64,000 nt of DNA from the NCBI RefSeq assembly GCF_056746865.1, contig NZ_CM163382.1, one strand, 5' to 3'. This document shows, piece by piece, positions 30,600 to 40,773 of this stretch (position 1 is the first letter of the stretch; each line of letters opens with the position of its first letter). A program made the translations under genes and the position numbers. The notes beneath the pieces were generated by a model that saw nothing but the letters and a program-made list of their open reading frames with translations, had not been told where the DNA came from and searched no databases.

Positions 30600-30700
30600 C
30601 ATTGCCTGATGTGCTACGCTTATCAGGCCTACAAGGGGACGCAATTAATTGAATTTGCGGGTTTTGTGGGCCAGATAAGGCGTTCGCGCCGCATCCGGCA
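30600..30700. repeat. REP elements downstream of cobB
   Basis: tgcctgatgtgctacgcttatcaggcc and ccagataaggcgttcgcgccgcatccgg palindromes. Confidence 0.5.
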
Positions 30701-30727
30701 TAATAAACGCACACTTTACTGCCTCTT

Positions 30728-31513
30728 TTACCGTTTACTCGTCAATAACAACGCGGCAATAAACGTACAGACACCAATCAGCCCTGCCCAGAGCGGCGAT
30801 ATTCTGGTAATCGCAAAGCTATTATCGATGTACAAACATAAAGCCTGATAACCCATATTGGCAACAGTCATCGCCACTGCAAACTTTAATGCATAATTAA
30901 GGCGCGTTGTGTAGTTAAAAAATGTAGTCAAGACGATGAATGCAACTGCCCAGGCAAAAAGACCTAATATCGTGGTACTGCCGGGAGGATCATTCTCCTG
31001 CTGTTGTCCGGGATGCGGATAATATGTCAGTGGCGGCGTCGGTTGTTTTAATATCTGTGCTTGTAAAACAGCCAATGCATTATTGATTCCCTGATACCAG
31101 AGGTCCGCATGTAAATAAGCATGAGTGTGATTTTCTACCAGAAGGCCGAGATGTTTATCGTCCAGACCGCTTTCAACCTGGTCGTTGGTTATCATAATTA
31201 ACCGTGGCTCGCGGGTGGTAAAAAGTAACAGGACGCTGCCTTTTACATCACTCAATGAAGATGACGCATGCGCCAGCATCGCTTTGCCATTTTGCCTGAA
31301 GCTTGCTTCATTAACGTCAGGTACAACCACGATAAACGGCGCAATCCCGGTTTGTTGACGAAAAAGCTCCGCTTTCCGCGCAATCTCCTCAGCATCCGGT
31401 ACAGTACCTGTAACATCCGTAAAAAGTGTCTTCATTATTGGGATTAAGGGCTTACTGGTTGCTGTCAGAGGCAGCAGTATCAGTAAACTGAGCAGTATTA
31501 TGATTTTTTTCAT
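30728..31513 (-). CDS. ycfZ: inner membrane protein YcfZ
   Basis: 261-aa ORF with signal/TM segments; conserved synteny. Confidence 0.85.
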   Translation of the reverse strand: MKKIIILLSLLILLPLTATSKPLIPIMKTLFTDVTGTVPDAEEIARKAELFRQQTGIAPFIVVVPDVNEASFRQNGKAMLAHASSSLSDVKGSVLLLFTTREPRLIMITNDQVESGLDDKHLGLLVENHTHAYLHADLWYQGINNALAVLQAQILKQPTPPLTYYPHPGQQQENDPPGSTTILGLFAWAVAFIVLTTFFNYTTRLNYALKFAVAMTVANMGYQALCLYIDNSFAITRISPLWAGLIGVCTFIAALLLTSKR

Positions 31514-31971
31514 GGACGGGACTTCCGTTTCCTGCGTGACTTTTTAGAGGAGGGCATACTGATTAATAAACCGACGGCGATAAAAATAACGCCCATAATG
31601 CCGATAAACCCCCATTTAAAAAAATTAACCCACGGGTTATTTATCTCAGCCTTTTCAGGATGCCCTGGAGAATAATAAACATTAACTTTATCGCCTTCGC
31701 TGTCTTCATAAAAATCGCTGCCGATACTCGAATTGAAAATTAGCGTGTAATCAGGCGTCGGTCGAAAGGCAACGACGGGATACCACGAACCATTTTTACC
31801 CGTGCGATGAGAATGACTGGAGTGCCAGACGGTATCAACAATGACGCCTTCAGTATGAATCGCGTCTTTGCTATAGGTGAACTGGTTATAAAAGATAACA
31901 ACAGAAATGAGGATCAGTACCAGACCGATACCGAGGAATATACGAAAGAAAACTTTACTGTCCTGACTCAT
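31510..31971 (-). CDS. ymfA: inner membrane protein YmfA
   Basis: Track ORF 31510-32013; start trimmed to MSQDSKVFF... to match the expected ~153-aa length; start uncertain. Confidence 0.75.
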   Translation of the reverse strand: MSQDSKVFFRIFLGIGLVLILISVVIFYNQFTYSKDAIHTEGVIVDTVWHSSHSHRTGKNGSWYPVVAFRPTPDYTLIFNSSIGSDFYEDSEGDKVNVYYSPGHPEKAEINNPWVNFFKWGFIGIMGVIFIAVGLLISMPSSKKSRRKRKSRP

Positions 31972-32028
31972 TAGCCACATCCTTGCTAAATAAAAAACGG
32001 GCGGTAATACCACCGCCCGCTTGCTGAA

Positions 32029-33075
32029 TTAACGTCCTGCTTTCAGCTTCTGATAATACTCTTCATAAATGCTGCTGGCTGCGCCAACGTCATTCTGCCA
32101 TTCACCATTTTTAATGGTTTCAGCATCCGGGTAGAGCGTTTTATCGTTCGCCACTTCCGGACTTAACAGCTTACGCGCCGCAAGGTTTGGCGTTGGATAA
32201 CCGATAGTTTCAGCAACCTGTTTTGCCACATCCGGGCGCAGCAGGAAGTTGATCAATTTCAGCGCGCCTTCTTTGTTTTTGGCATTTGCTGGGATCGCCA
32301 GGCTGTCCATCCAGAAAATGCCGCCTTCTTTCGGCCACACCACATCAATTGGCGTACCCGCCTGGCGTGCAACGAAAGCAGAACCGTTCCAGATCATGCC
32401 GAGGTTAACTTCGCCTTCCATATACGGGTTCGCCGGGTTATCGGAGTTAAACGCCGCGACGTTTGGCATCAGTTTTTTCAGCTCGTTGTATGCAGCTTCA
32501 ATCTCTTTCGGATCGGTGGTGTTACCGGAGTAGCCCAGCTTACGCAGCGCCATCTGGAACACTTCACGGGCATCGTCGGTCAGCAGCAGGCTGCCTTTGT
32601 ACTCAGGCTTCCACAGATCGGCCCAGCTGGTAACGGATTTGGGATCCACCGCATCACCATTAACACCAATCGCCGTCGCACCCCAGATATACGGAATGGA
32701 GTAGTCGTTATTCGGGTCAAACGGCTTATTGAGCATGTCTGGATCGAGGTTGCTGAAATTGCTTAACTTCGACTTGTCGATCTTCTGGATCATCCCTTGT
32801 TTACGCATTTTATCGACGTAATAGGTTGAAGGAACCACCAGGTCATAGGCACCGTCTTTGTACGTTTTCAGCTTGGCATACATGGTTTCGTTCGACTCGT
32901 AAGTCGAATAGATAACCTTAATACCGGTTTCTTTGGTGAACTGTTCAAGCAGTCCTGGTGGCACGTACTCGGTCCAGTTGTAAAAATACAGCGTGTTGTT
33001 GTCATCGGCGTGAGCGGCGCTCATGCCCAGTGCCAGAGCACCCGCCGCGAGCAGGTGGCGTGACCATTTTTTCAT
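32029..33075 (-). CDS. potD: spermidine/putrescine ABC transporter periplasmic binding protein
   Basis: 348-aa ORF with signal peptide; conserved potABCD family member. Confidence 0.95.
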   Translation of the reverse strand: MKKWSRHLLAAGALALGMSAAHADDNNTLYFYNWTEYVPPGLLEQFTKETGIKVIYSTYESNETMYAKLKTYKDGAYDLVVPSTYYVDKMRKQGMIQKIDKSKLSNFSNLDPDMLNKPFDPNNDYSIPYIWGATAIGVNGDAVDPKSVTSWADLWKPEYKGSLLLTDDAREVFQMALRKLGYSGNTTDPKEIEAAYNELKKLMPNVAAFNSDNPANPYMEGEVNLGMIWNGSAFVARQAGTPIDVVWPKEGGIFWMDSLAIPANAKNKEGALKLINFLLRPDVAKQVAETIGYPTPNLAARKLLSPEVANDKTLYPDAETIKNGEWQNDVGAASSIYEEYYQKLKAGR

Positions 33076-33866
33076 TTAACGTCCCCTGTGTTACCTTTCG
33101 TTTTATCACGAGCAATAAGCTGGCTGGCAATTACCATCACCAGCGACAGCACCAGTAATATGGTTGCCAGCGCGTTAACTTCCGGCGATACGCCGACTTT
33201 GACCATCGAATAAATTTTTAACGGCAGAATTTCATAGCTTGGTCCGGTGACGAACGAAGAAACTACTACATCGTCCATCGACAGGGTAAAGCTTAACACC
33301 CAGCCCGCCGCTACCGCTGGCATTGCCAGTGGCAGAATGATTTTTCGCAGAATGGTAAATTCGCTGGCACCGAGATCTTTCGCCGCTTCCAGCATTCGCA
33401 CGTCAAAACCTTTCAGGCGCGAATACACTGTCACCACCACAAATGGCAGGCAGAAGGTGATATGCGAGAACAGCAGCGACCAGAAGCCAAGCTGAATACC
33501 CAGCAGCATAAACAGCACCAGCAGAGAAATCGCCATCACAATATCTGGCGACATCATCACCACAAACAGCATTCCGCTAACGAATGGCTTACCGCGAAAG
33601 CGATAACGGTACAGCGCAACTGCAGTCAGTGAACCGATAAGCGTAGCAAACGTCGCTGAAAACACCGCCATCGTCAATGAATGCTGAGCTGCCTGCAACA
33701 GACTGTCGTTGTTCATCAGCAGGCTATACCATTTAGTGGTAAAACCCTGCCAGTTGATGCCAAAGCGCGAGCTGTTAAAGGAGTTCACAATCAAAATAAT
33801 GATTGGGATATACAGGTACGCGTAGATAGCGGTCATAAAACCGCCGCGAAGCAGTCGACCGATCAT
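33072..33866 (-). CDS. potC: spermidine/putrescine ABC transporter permease
   Basis: 264-aa ORF MIGRLLRGGFMTAIYAYLYIPIIIL...; appears full length; overlaps potD start. Confidence 0.95.
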   Translation of the reverse strand: MIGRLLRGGFMTAIYAYLYIPIIILIVNSFNSSRFGINWQGFTTKWYSLLMNNDSLLQAAQHSLTMAVFSATFATLIGSLTAVALYRYRFRGKPFVSGMLFVVMMSPDIVMAISLLVLFMLLGIQLGFWSLLFSHITFCLPFVVVTVYSRLKGFDVRMLEAAKDLGASEFTILRKIILPLAMPAVAAGWVLSFTLSMDDVVVSSFVTGPSYEILPLKIYSMVKVGVSPEVNALATILLVLSLVMVIASQLIARDKTKGNTGDVK

Positions 33867-33901
33867 TCGAGTTCCACCTTCTTATTCATAAGGCGGGACA
33901 C
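33863..33901 (-). pseudogene. potB: potB 3'-terminal remnant (about the last 12 codons ...SRLMNKKVELE) abutting prophage DNA
   Basis: Reading frame ending in stop overlapping the potC ATG (ATGA) encodes a PotB-like tail; upstream frame becomes non-permease-like (..AWPSFGETFWRDFGEREKL..) and no potB body or potA follows. Confidence 0.55.
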
Positions 33902-34032
33902 TTTCAGGATTTTGAATTTATTCAATTTTTCCCTTTCTCCAAAATCTCTCCAAAACGTTTCCCCAAAACTAGGCCACGCATTTTACAACACTTTTTTCCT
34001 GAGATGGTGACGGATATTCCATATGGTGTTTG

Positions 34033-35151
34033 TCAAATAACCAACTTAACCCATTCCTGACCTCGAGTATCGTTATAGCGATCGGTGGTTGCCTGGACTT
34101 TATGTCCTAGTAATGTTTTTGTATCGATACCCTGTGCACGGTACAGCCGTTCTGATAGAGAGCGTTGTTCATGAAATGTTGGCGGAGTTTTTCCTGCTGG
34201 TGGAATTATCCCAGCCAGATCCCGTGCTTTGGCAAAGTAGTCGCTCAGGTTGTCTTTACTCATCGGCTTCGGTTGTTTCTGGTGCCGACTATGGATTAGA
34301 TATGGACTTAATATTCTGTCTCGGCACCCATCAATAACTTCTTTTAACGTTATCCCAATGGCATCACAGCGTAGTGTAAGCGGTAACGCCAGACGCATTC
34401 CGGTTTTTCCCTGGGTGATATGCAAGTGTTCGTTCCACACATCTGAAAAACGCATGTGGCAAATGTCATCACGGCGCTGACCAGTAACAATCGCAAGAAG
34501 CATTGCGTTACGGATAAAGTGTTTTTCAGGCGTTGCATTGTAAATTTTTTGCCAGTCTTCCATGGTGAGCCTGGCTCTGGTTACTTTAGGGATCGGTTTA
34601 CGGGTAGCCTCCGGAGGATTCCATCCAGGAGGAACTTCCCCTGCATGCTGTGCTTCTTTATAAATATCAACCCATAATCCACGATTTACTCTCGCTGTGC
34701 TGACCATGTCTTTATCCAGCCACTCATCCAGTATTAATGCAAAGTCTCTTACTTCCAGTTCTTTCAATGGGTGGTTTCCCAGACGGGAAACCAGGTATGC
34801 AGCCATTCGAGTTTTTTCTTTGTGAGTTGTAGCTGCAATATCTCCATTTTTCAGTCGCGTGTTCTGTATTTTCAGATATCGATCAACCCATGCCTTTAAT
34901 CTGATACCCCGACGTTTTGTTGCTGACGGACTTTCATCAATTTTGCGCATGAAATATTCAGCTTCTGCTGCAGCTATTCGCTGATTGGCTGTGGAAGCGA
35001 TTTTTTCTGCCTTACCTTTGTCTGTTCCGAGTCCGTGAAATTTTCCAGTCACAGGATTTTTATACTGGTAGTAAACTCTGCCAGTTCTGCGATCAAACTT
35101 TTCGTAAAGACCGGCTACGTCAGTGCTGTTTTTTCGTGGCCTCGGTGACAT
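34033..35151 (-). CDS. int: tyrosine-type site-specific integrase (lambda Int family)
   Basis: 372-aa ORF; C-terminal catalytic region ...HEQRSLSERLYRAQGIDTKTLLGHKVQATTDRY... resembles lambda Int R-H-R-Y signature. Confidence 0.9.
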   Translation of the reverse strand: MSPRPRKNSTDVAGLYEKFDRRTGRVYYQYKNPVTGKFHGLGTDKGKAEKIASTANQRIAAAEAEYFMRKIDESPSATKRRGIRLKAWVDRYLKIQNTRLKNGDIAATTHKEKTRMAAYLVSRLGNHPLKELEVRDFALILDEWLDKDMVSTARVNRGLWVDIYKEAQHAGEVPPGWNPPEATRKPIPKVTRARLTMEDWQKIYNATPEKHFIRNAMLLAIVTGQRRDDICHMRFSDVWNEHLHITQGKTGMRLALPLTLRCDAIGITLKEVIDGCRDRILSPYLIHSRHQKQPKPMSKDNLSDYFAKARDLAGIIPPAGKTPPTFHEQRSLSERLYRAQGIDTKTLLGHKVQATTDRYNDTRGQEWVKLVI

Positions 35152-35389
35152 GAGTTAAAATCTCCTTCAGTGCATCATCATCGCCAGTATGAATTTCCGG
35201 CGCAATTCCCGTTTCACCAGGCCCAACAAATACTGCTCGGCGATCTATCAGCCAACGCCCACGAATTTTTTGTGGTCTTGGAACGATGTATCCTAGTTTT
35301 CCGTATTTCACCAGGGTAGTGTTTGTTATTGGGAGACTGAACCGTTTTGGTTTCCACTCGTCGAGCGTTATCAGGTACTGTTCGCTCAT
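35120..35389 (-). CDS. xis: putative excisionase
   Basis: Small basic ORF immediately upstream of and overlapping int; start at MSEQYLITLDEW... chosen from track ORF 35120-35398. Confidence 0.55.
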   Translation of the reverse strand: MSEQYLITLDEWKPKRFSLPITNTTLVKYGKLGYIVPRPQKIRGRWLIDRRAVFVGPGETGIAPEIHTGDDDALKEILTHVTEATKKQH

Positions 35390-35450
35390 GGCTATCACTC
35401 CGGAACGCGCCAGTTGCAGAATATCAACGACAACTGGCGACGGTTGAACA

Positions 35451-37889
35451 TTAAAAATCAGCCTGACTCGGGATCAGTTTTTGCCAGATAACTGAAACGT
35501 ATTTTGCCTGGTAACGGGCGTCATCAAGTGCATTATGGCGCTCACCTTCGAATGGAATAGCCGTTCTGGCATCGAAGTCTATGGCTTTCCCCAGCTCAAC
35601 GATTGTGCGTACATCTCGATCGTTGTAGTAACGCCACGGGCAGGGGATCCCCTGCCGTTCGTATGAACGGCGCAAAATCGTGTTGTCGAAGTTGGCTCCA
35701 TTTCCCCAGACCTGAACAAAAAATTCACCGGAGTTTTCGTCGATAAATTCCCGCAATTGTAACAGTGCATCATCTAACGGGATTTCATCGGTCATAATGG
35801 CAGATTGCGCTTCGCGTGATTGCTTAAGCCACCATTTAATGGTGTCCCGATCAATGACCCCGCCAGCAGTTTCCAGATCGATAGTCTTACTAAATTCCGG
35901 TCCCATATCTCCGGTTTGCGGATCGAAAAATATTGCACCTATTGAGATGATCGGGGCATCAGGATTTTTTCCCATGGTTTCAAGGTCGATCATTAGATGG
36001 TCACACGTCCTGCTGGTGGATGTGATAACGTGATGACCGTTCACCGTAATTAAGGGATCTGCCGTCTCGCCAGTTTCACTATCGCTGGCGTGATCCTGAG
36101 CGCTGCCAGCATTCTCCTTGTGTGGATGTTCAGCGCCTTCCATTTCCTTCGGATCATTTTCCTGAACTTCAACCTGATTCTCTTCATCGAATGTTTCCTG
36201 GTATGTTGCGTCGCCCATCACCGCGCCACAATCAGGGCAGTTGCCGCCGCCGGTCTGACCGCAGGCGGTGCAGATCTTTTCCGGTTCCTGTTGCACTACT
36301 GGTTCAGGTTGTTTCGTTTCTGGCTCGTTTTGTAACGCATTTGGGCTGTTTTGTTCCGCTTTCTGGTCGTTCTGTTCCGATTCTTGCTGGTTCTGGTTTA
36401 CAGAATCGCGGGTTTCAATCCCCTTTACCCATTTCGGATCATTCGGGTCGCTAATCCCTGCAACAAATTCTCCGCGAGAGGCAGCAAGCAACTTATCGGC
36501 GTCAGGCTGGCTGATATTGGCTGCCTGCATAATTTTGTTTACTTCGTCAGCGGTAACTTTTACCTGTGACTTGTCATCCAGCGGCTGCGGGTCCTGATGA
36601 TGTTCAACTGTATCCGCTGCCATTGTTTCAGCCGTTGCCTGTTCATCTGCCATTGCGCCAGATGGTTGCGGGTTATCTTCATCATTTTTTTCTTCTTCTG
36701 TTTTGCACTCAGCAGCCAGTCCGCCGTTAATTTCTTCCAGGATATCTTTTTCCGGTGTATGCCGGGCAGCCATGAGCGTTTCAGCTGTGGGATTCTCGTG
36801 ATCAGTTTCTGTCAGGTTGGCATTGATATACCCCTGAAGGCGCCCCGGGTAGTGATAAAACTCAGGGTGGGCGCTTCGGATAAGTGCAAAAATAGCTGCG
36901 CGGGAATAGTCCAGGATACCAGGGGTTGCGCGAAGTGCTGCGGACCATTCCCTGAACGGACTTTCTTTTTTCAGGACGATTTCTTTTGCGCGACGATAAA
37001 CGCTGCCCGGAATTTCATAAATATTAAAATCCATCGGAAGTGTGGCTGCTGCAATCTCCACATCCAGCGCATCGAAGGTGTGTACTAAATTCGGATTGCG
37101 ATCGGTTTTGTTCCCGCCACCGGCATTTGCACCGGAAGCCGTACGGGTGATACGCGAAACACGATTTCCTTTCATCCACTCTTTTGTCAGCAGACCCCGA
37201 TCAGTGTAATCAGCGTCCAGGTATGCCTCGAAAAAAGCAGTTATCAGTCCCAGGTCTGAATTACCGGGATTAGGGAAAACTTTGTCAGTGTCGCGTACCA
37301 GTTTGTGAAGGTCGCGAATCTCCAGCGGGTCGAGCAGCTTTGTTTTGTGAGAAATGGCCAGGGCAGTAACAGCCGGCAGTTCTTCCGCCCGTGCTATATG
37401 TAATGCCTGAAGTTCTTCCCGTGCAACGTGCGTTACTGGTTTTTCGCTGCTGTGTTGCGCAAGCCAGCGAATGGGCAGCTCCTGACCAGAAACCGGCAGG
37501 AGCATATTCTCCTCAATCTCCGTCATGTCTTCGCCGTTGACGTTGGTATTGTCAGTACTGGCTGGTTTCTCCTGCACGGAGGGAGAGGGCGCGATAAATA
37601 CCATTGTAATGCCATCTTCCCCGCCTTTTTCGTATCGGTTGCAGAATTCGGTATCAAACACGCCTTCAGGTGGAAGGTCATTCACAACGGGTAAATGGAC
37701 GCGAACGGGTTTTTTAAAGTCGTCTTCATCATAATCGTTGTCATCCATTGCGGTAATGCAGCGGGAGATGGCAACAGATAATTTTTTTGCTGTAGTCCAG
37801 TAAAAACCACCTTTAATTCCCAGACGTTTTCTGACTTTGTCATTTTTTGCTTCGCAATATAGCGCAAATTCTTCTTTATCAGTGCTCAT
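35451..37889 (-). CDS. large phage protein with C-terminal DnaQ-like (DEDDh) 3'-5' exonuclease domain
   Basis: 812 aa; C-terminal Exo I (MIDLETMG), Exo II (WGNGANFD) and Exo III (HNALDDARY) motifs; central acidic linker with Cys4 cluster [16 protein letters not shown]. Confidence 0.8.
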   Translation of the reverse strand: MSTDKEEFALYCEAKNDKVRKRLGIKGGFYWTTAKKLSVAISRCITAMDDNDYDEDDFKKPVRVHLPVVNDLPPEGVFDTEFCNRYEKGGEDGITMVFIAPSPSVQEKPASTDNTNVNGEDMTEIEENMLLPVSGQELPIRWLAQHSSEKPVTHVAREELQALHIARAEELPAVTALAISHKTKLLDPLEIRDLHKLVRDTDKVFPNPGNSDLGLITAFFEAYLDADYTDRGLLTKEWMKGNRVSRITRTASGANAGGGNKTDRNPNLVHTFDALDVEIAAATLPMDFNIYEIPGSVYRRAKEIVLKKESPFREWSAALRATPGILDYSRAAIFALIRSAHPEFYHYPGRLQGYINANLTETDHENPTAETLMAARHTPEKDILEEINGGLAAECKTEEEKNDEDNPQPSGAMADEQATAETMAADTVEHHQDPQPLDDKSQVKVTADEVNKIMQAANISQPDADKLLAASRGEFVAGISDPNDPKWVKGIETRDSVNQNQQESEQNDQKAEQNSPNALQNEPETKQPEPVVQQEPEKICTACGQTGGGNCPDCGAVMGDATYQETFDEENQVEVQENDPKEMEGAEHPHKENAGSAQDHASDSETGETADPLITVNGHHVITSTSRTCDHLMIDLETMGKNPDAPIISIGAIFFDPQTGDMGPEFSKTIDLETAGGVIDRDTIKWWLKQSREAQSAIMTDEIPLDDALLQLREFIDENSGEFFVQVWGNGANFDNTILRRSYERQGIPCPWRYYNDRDVRTIVELGKAIDFDARTAIPFEGERHNALDDARYQAKYVSVIWQKLIPSQADF

Positions 37890-37981
37890 TGATAAACCTC
37901 ATTACAGATTTAAGGGTGAACAAATCCCTGCCATTGCTGGCATTTTTAATCCGTTGGTATGGTGTTAATATGGCTGGAGGG

Positions 37982-38170
37982 TTATCCAGCCGGTGTTTCG
38001 TTATTCAGGTACAGCGATACTTTTTTTACCGGGAGGCATTCACCAGAAATTTTTTGCTCGTCTCTTGCCTGGAGGCAGGATTCTTTACTGGCATAAATTC
38101 CGGTAATCACATTCTGTGATTCACCCGTTATAAGAAAAACCGTCATCATCAGTGCAAATGCTGAAGTCAT
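37982..38170 (-). CDS. hypothetical small protein with hydrophobic N-terminus
   Basis: 62-aa ORF whose start overlaps the stop of the upstream 62-aa ORF (ATGA). Confidence 0.35.
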   Translation of the reverse strand: MTSAFALMMTVFLITGESQNVITGIYASKESCLQARDEQKISGECLPVKKVSLYLNNETPAG

Positions 38171-38355
38171 TGACGCTCTCCGAAAATACCAAGTTCAAGA
38201 AGAGCAATTCGGGAAAGTATGGAATTATCATTGAGCAGATAAGGCTCATATTTCCTCATATTAATGGCATCTTCAGTAAACTCCCGGTTACTGAGCAGAA
38301 CACCAATATCAAAACAACCTTCAGACGTATTAACGTTTGGTAATAACGTTTCCAT
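38167..38355 (-). CDS. hypothetical small protein
   Basis: 62-aa ORF with GAGGA 7 nt upstream of ATG; first gene of a coupled pair. Confidence 0.35.
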   Translation of the reverse strand: METLLPNVNTSEGCFDIGVLLSNREFTEDAINMRKYEPYLLNDNSILSRIALLELGIFGERQ

Positions 38356-38895
38356 TATCGCGTCCTCAACAATGAATTTTGTGATGCAGTGCCTGGTGCC
38401 TCCAGGTGACGTTAACCAGTTAACAATTAACGCCGGGTTAGTTGATGCTCGTTACGCCAGTAAAAGACCGCCTTACTGCTTTAACTGTTCCGCGTGCGCA
38501 TAGCCGCATTCACCGCATCACAAAATTCACTTTAAAAAGGGCGGCAGAGCAGTCACGGAGTAAAACTGATACCGCCAAACGTCACCAGAAAATTGATAAC
38601 AGAGGGCGTTGCAGCGGGGTTGTCACTTAAGCGTATGGTCAACCTGACAACCCGGTGTCCTCAACGGGGAAGGAATAACCCCGTCATACTTACCGCCGCG
38701 CCATTTCGCGGAGTGTCACAACCGGAAGCGCACGGTCGACGAAAATTTAACGACAGGCTATCTATGAACCAGCTACCTCGCCGTGCGCTTTCGCGTTATG
38801 GTCTGACTTTTCATGGAAATATCCTTTCAGTAAACTGTCAGTGCCGGATTCTTATCCGTGTCCGGCGCACGCACTCTACCTCACCTGTGAATAAA

Positions 38896-39270
38896 TTAAT
38901 GATTAATTGATATTTTGTTGTTTGATTCAACTTTCCCATCGGATGTGTGATGCTTTAAATCACAGGAATTAATACTGCTTGCTGTAAAATGATTTTCAAG
39001 GGGAGCTATTCGAATCCCTTTCTTTTTCATTAACAAGCCAAATCCTTTATTAATGATGTCCATTAATTCCAGAAAGTATTTTTCATGTAAATCCTGGTTA
39101 TCAGAGAGCTGCTTCTCTTCGTACAGCCCGATAAAGGCTCGGCGTACGTTACCGGATATATTGTCGATGGTTTCTTTTTCTACGGTACTCAGGTCAAGAG
39201 TCGCCAGTTGAGAGCGAACCACATTCGCTGCCATTTCCTGGAATGGCATTGGTAAATCTTTAAATTCCAT
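38896..39270 (-). CDS. hypothetical early-left protein (AT-rich gene)
   Basis: 124-aa ORF in a leftward gene string downstream of the OL region. Confidence 0.45.
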   Translation of the reverse strand: MEFKDLPMPFQEMAANVVRSQLATLDLSTVEKETIDNISGNVRRAFIGLYEEKQLSDNQDLHEKYFLELMDIINKGFGLLMKKKGIRIAPLENHFTASSINSCDLKHHTSDGKVESNNKISINH

Positions 39271-39292
39271 TATTAGCCTCGTTGGTTAGCTA

Positions 39293-39511
39293 TTAACGCG
39301 GGTATGTAATCATTCTGGCAATGCTTAATGCCGCTGCTTTTTCCAGCCTGGTGATATCCTGCTCCAGAGCGGACAGATTTTCAGCCTGCTTAGCCCTGGC
39401 TTCATTGGCCCATTTCAGGTCCTGCGCAGCCTTAATTTTCTGGTGTATCCACTCATAAAGTTCATCATCGGTATAGTCTGGCGCGATGATGACGGGTTCT
39501 CGTTTCTGCAT
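39293..39511 (-). CDS. hypothetical coiled-coil small protein
   Basis: 72-aa ORF, leftward early region. Confidence 0.45.
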   Translation of the reverse strand: MQKREPVIIAPDYTDDELYEWIHQKIKAAQDLKWANEARAKQAENLSALEQDITRLEKAAALSIARMITYPR

Positions 39512-39540
39512 ACTGATTCCTCGCGGTGCTGTTTCGCTTA

Positions 39541-39669
39541 TCAGCCGTTAGATTTTGCCGAACTGGAAAGCGCCTGTTTAAACTCACTGAAGCTGAGGGC
39601 TTCTTCGCCTTCGGCAAGGCCTTCGAAGTATTCTTCGTAAGCCTTTTCCATGATTGTGTTGAAATCCAT
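39541..39669 (-). CDS. hypothetical 42-aa acidic protein
   Basis: ORF MDFNTIMEKAYEEYFEGLAEGEEALSFSEFKQALSSSAKSNG found by manual translation; below the track's 60-aa cutoff. Confidence 0.3.
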   Translation of the reverse strand: MDFNTIMEKAYEEYFEGLAEGEEALSFSEFKQALSSSAKSNG

Positions 39670-39670
39670 A

Positions 39671-39907
39671 TCACTCACCTGAGTTTCTTTCCAGCCAGCG
39701 ACGGGCACCATTTTCGGTTTTAAACGTTTTGCTTTTGGTATACGTCATCGCGGTGAACGTACCGTCCTGGTTGGGGAACACGCCACATACCAGAGATTCG
39801 CTGTTGCCAAGATCGATAGTATCCATGCTGACCTCATTTCCCCTTAACGCCGGGGTAGCGGAACAAAAACCTGCTGCATAGTTATTAAAGTTGAACCCTG
39901 CCGTCAT
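39671..39907 (-). CDS. hypothetical early-left protein
   Basis: 78-aa ORF; true start may be the internal Met (MDTIDLG...). Confidence 0.4.
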   Translation of the reverse strand: MTAGFNFNNYAAGFCSATPALRGNEVSMDTIDLGNSESLVCGVFPNQDGTFTAMTYTKSKTFKTENGARRWLERNSGE

Positions 39908-40010
39908 GTTCTTACGCCTCGGGCTGGCTACTTAACCCCTGACCACTGCCGGGTAACTCGAAGTATTTCCCTGCGTTCTGTGGGGCGGGGTGGGTTGGTA
40001 TGTTGTTAAT

Positions 40011-40024
40011 GTAACAAGAGTTAC
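40011..40024. promoter_or_regulatory. candidate left operator (OL) site
   Basis: GTAACAAGAGTTAC matches the GTAAC-N4-GTTAC dyad also found twice in the cI-cro intergenic region. Confidence 0.5.
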
Positions 40025-40062
40025 CTTTCGAGTCAATACAATGTTGCAAAAGGTACATTTGA

Positions 40063-40093
40063 GGGCATAAAAAACCCGCAATGAATGCGGGTT
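40063..40093 (-). terminator. intrinsic terminator immediately downstream of cI
   Basis: Hairpin aacccgca-atgaa-tgcgggtt with U-run on the minus-strand transcript, 5 nt after the cI stop. Confidence 0.6.
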
Positions 40094-40098
40094 CTGAC

Positions 40099-40773
40099 TC
40101 AGTCTAAGTATTGATGTATTTGTGAAACTTTACCTTTAATGGTGTAACCACCATTCAGTTCGATGGGTTTGTAAAGCGGATTCAGTGACAACAAATAGAT
40201 GTTTGGTCCGTCAATCGCAACTTTTTTTAGTGTTACGTTTGGCGTTCCTTCCAATTGGATTAAGATTATTTTTCCCACCAGTTCTCTAATGTTACTTGAG
40301 CATGGTGTGATCAGCACGGTAGATCCGTCGGGGATGGTTGGGAGGCCGTTAGAGTTTGTCATCGCATCTCCCTCAACATGCAATAAAAAAGAGTTTTCAG
40401 CGGTTTTTGTCATGACATCAACCCAGTTATTAATACCAGGAATCTTGGTTACTGGACAACTCATATCCCAATAACCAGCCTGTTCCCACGTTAAAACGGG
40501 CAACCGGGCGATGTTGTCACTAATGTAAGGGTACTGATTCAGACGCAGATCATCGGTTTTATCGTGACAGTCCTTTCCATAAAGAATCCATTCAGGAGAT
40601 TTGGAAAGCAATTTTGACAGTAGATACAAATTCTCACCGTCAGGTTTTGAAGAGCCATTTTCCCATTTTGTTACGGATACACGAGATATGCCGATTGCTT
40701 TCGCAACCTGCTGTTGGGTTAATCCAACGTCTTTTCGACGATTCCGAATACGTTCGCTGATAGTGTTTTTCAT
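40099..40773 (-). CDS. cI: CI-type prophage repressor (N-terminal HTH plus C-terminal S24 LexA-like peptidase)
   Basis: HTH LTQQQVAKAIGISRVSVTKWENG; S24 domain with catalytic GDAM serine context and a downstream Lys; start trimmed to MKNTISER... leaving a 91-bp operator region before cro. Confidence 0.85.
   Translation of the reverse strand: MKNTISERIRNRRKDVGLTQQQVAKAIGISRVSVTKWENGSSKPDGENLYLLSKLLSKSPEWILYGKDCHDKTDDLRLNQYPYISDNIARLPVLTWEQAGYWDMSCPVTKIPGINNWVDVMTKTAENSFLLHVEGDAMTNSNGLPTIPDGSTVLITPCSSNIRELVGKIILIQLEGTPNVTLKKVAIDGPNIYLLSLNPLYKPIELNGGYTIKGKVSQIHQYLD

Noticed and set aside
39465-39674. 69-aa Arg-rich ORF
   Set aside because: Overlaps out of frame with a better-supported 42-aa acidic ORF and with the 72-aa ORF; considered as an N-like antiterminator candidate but no convincing similarity or nut-like boxes found nearby.
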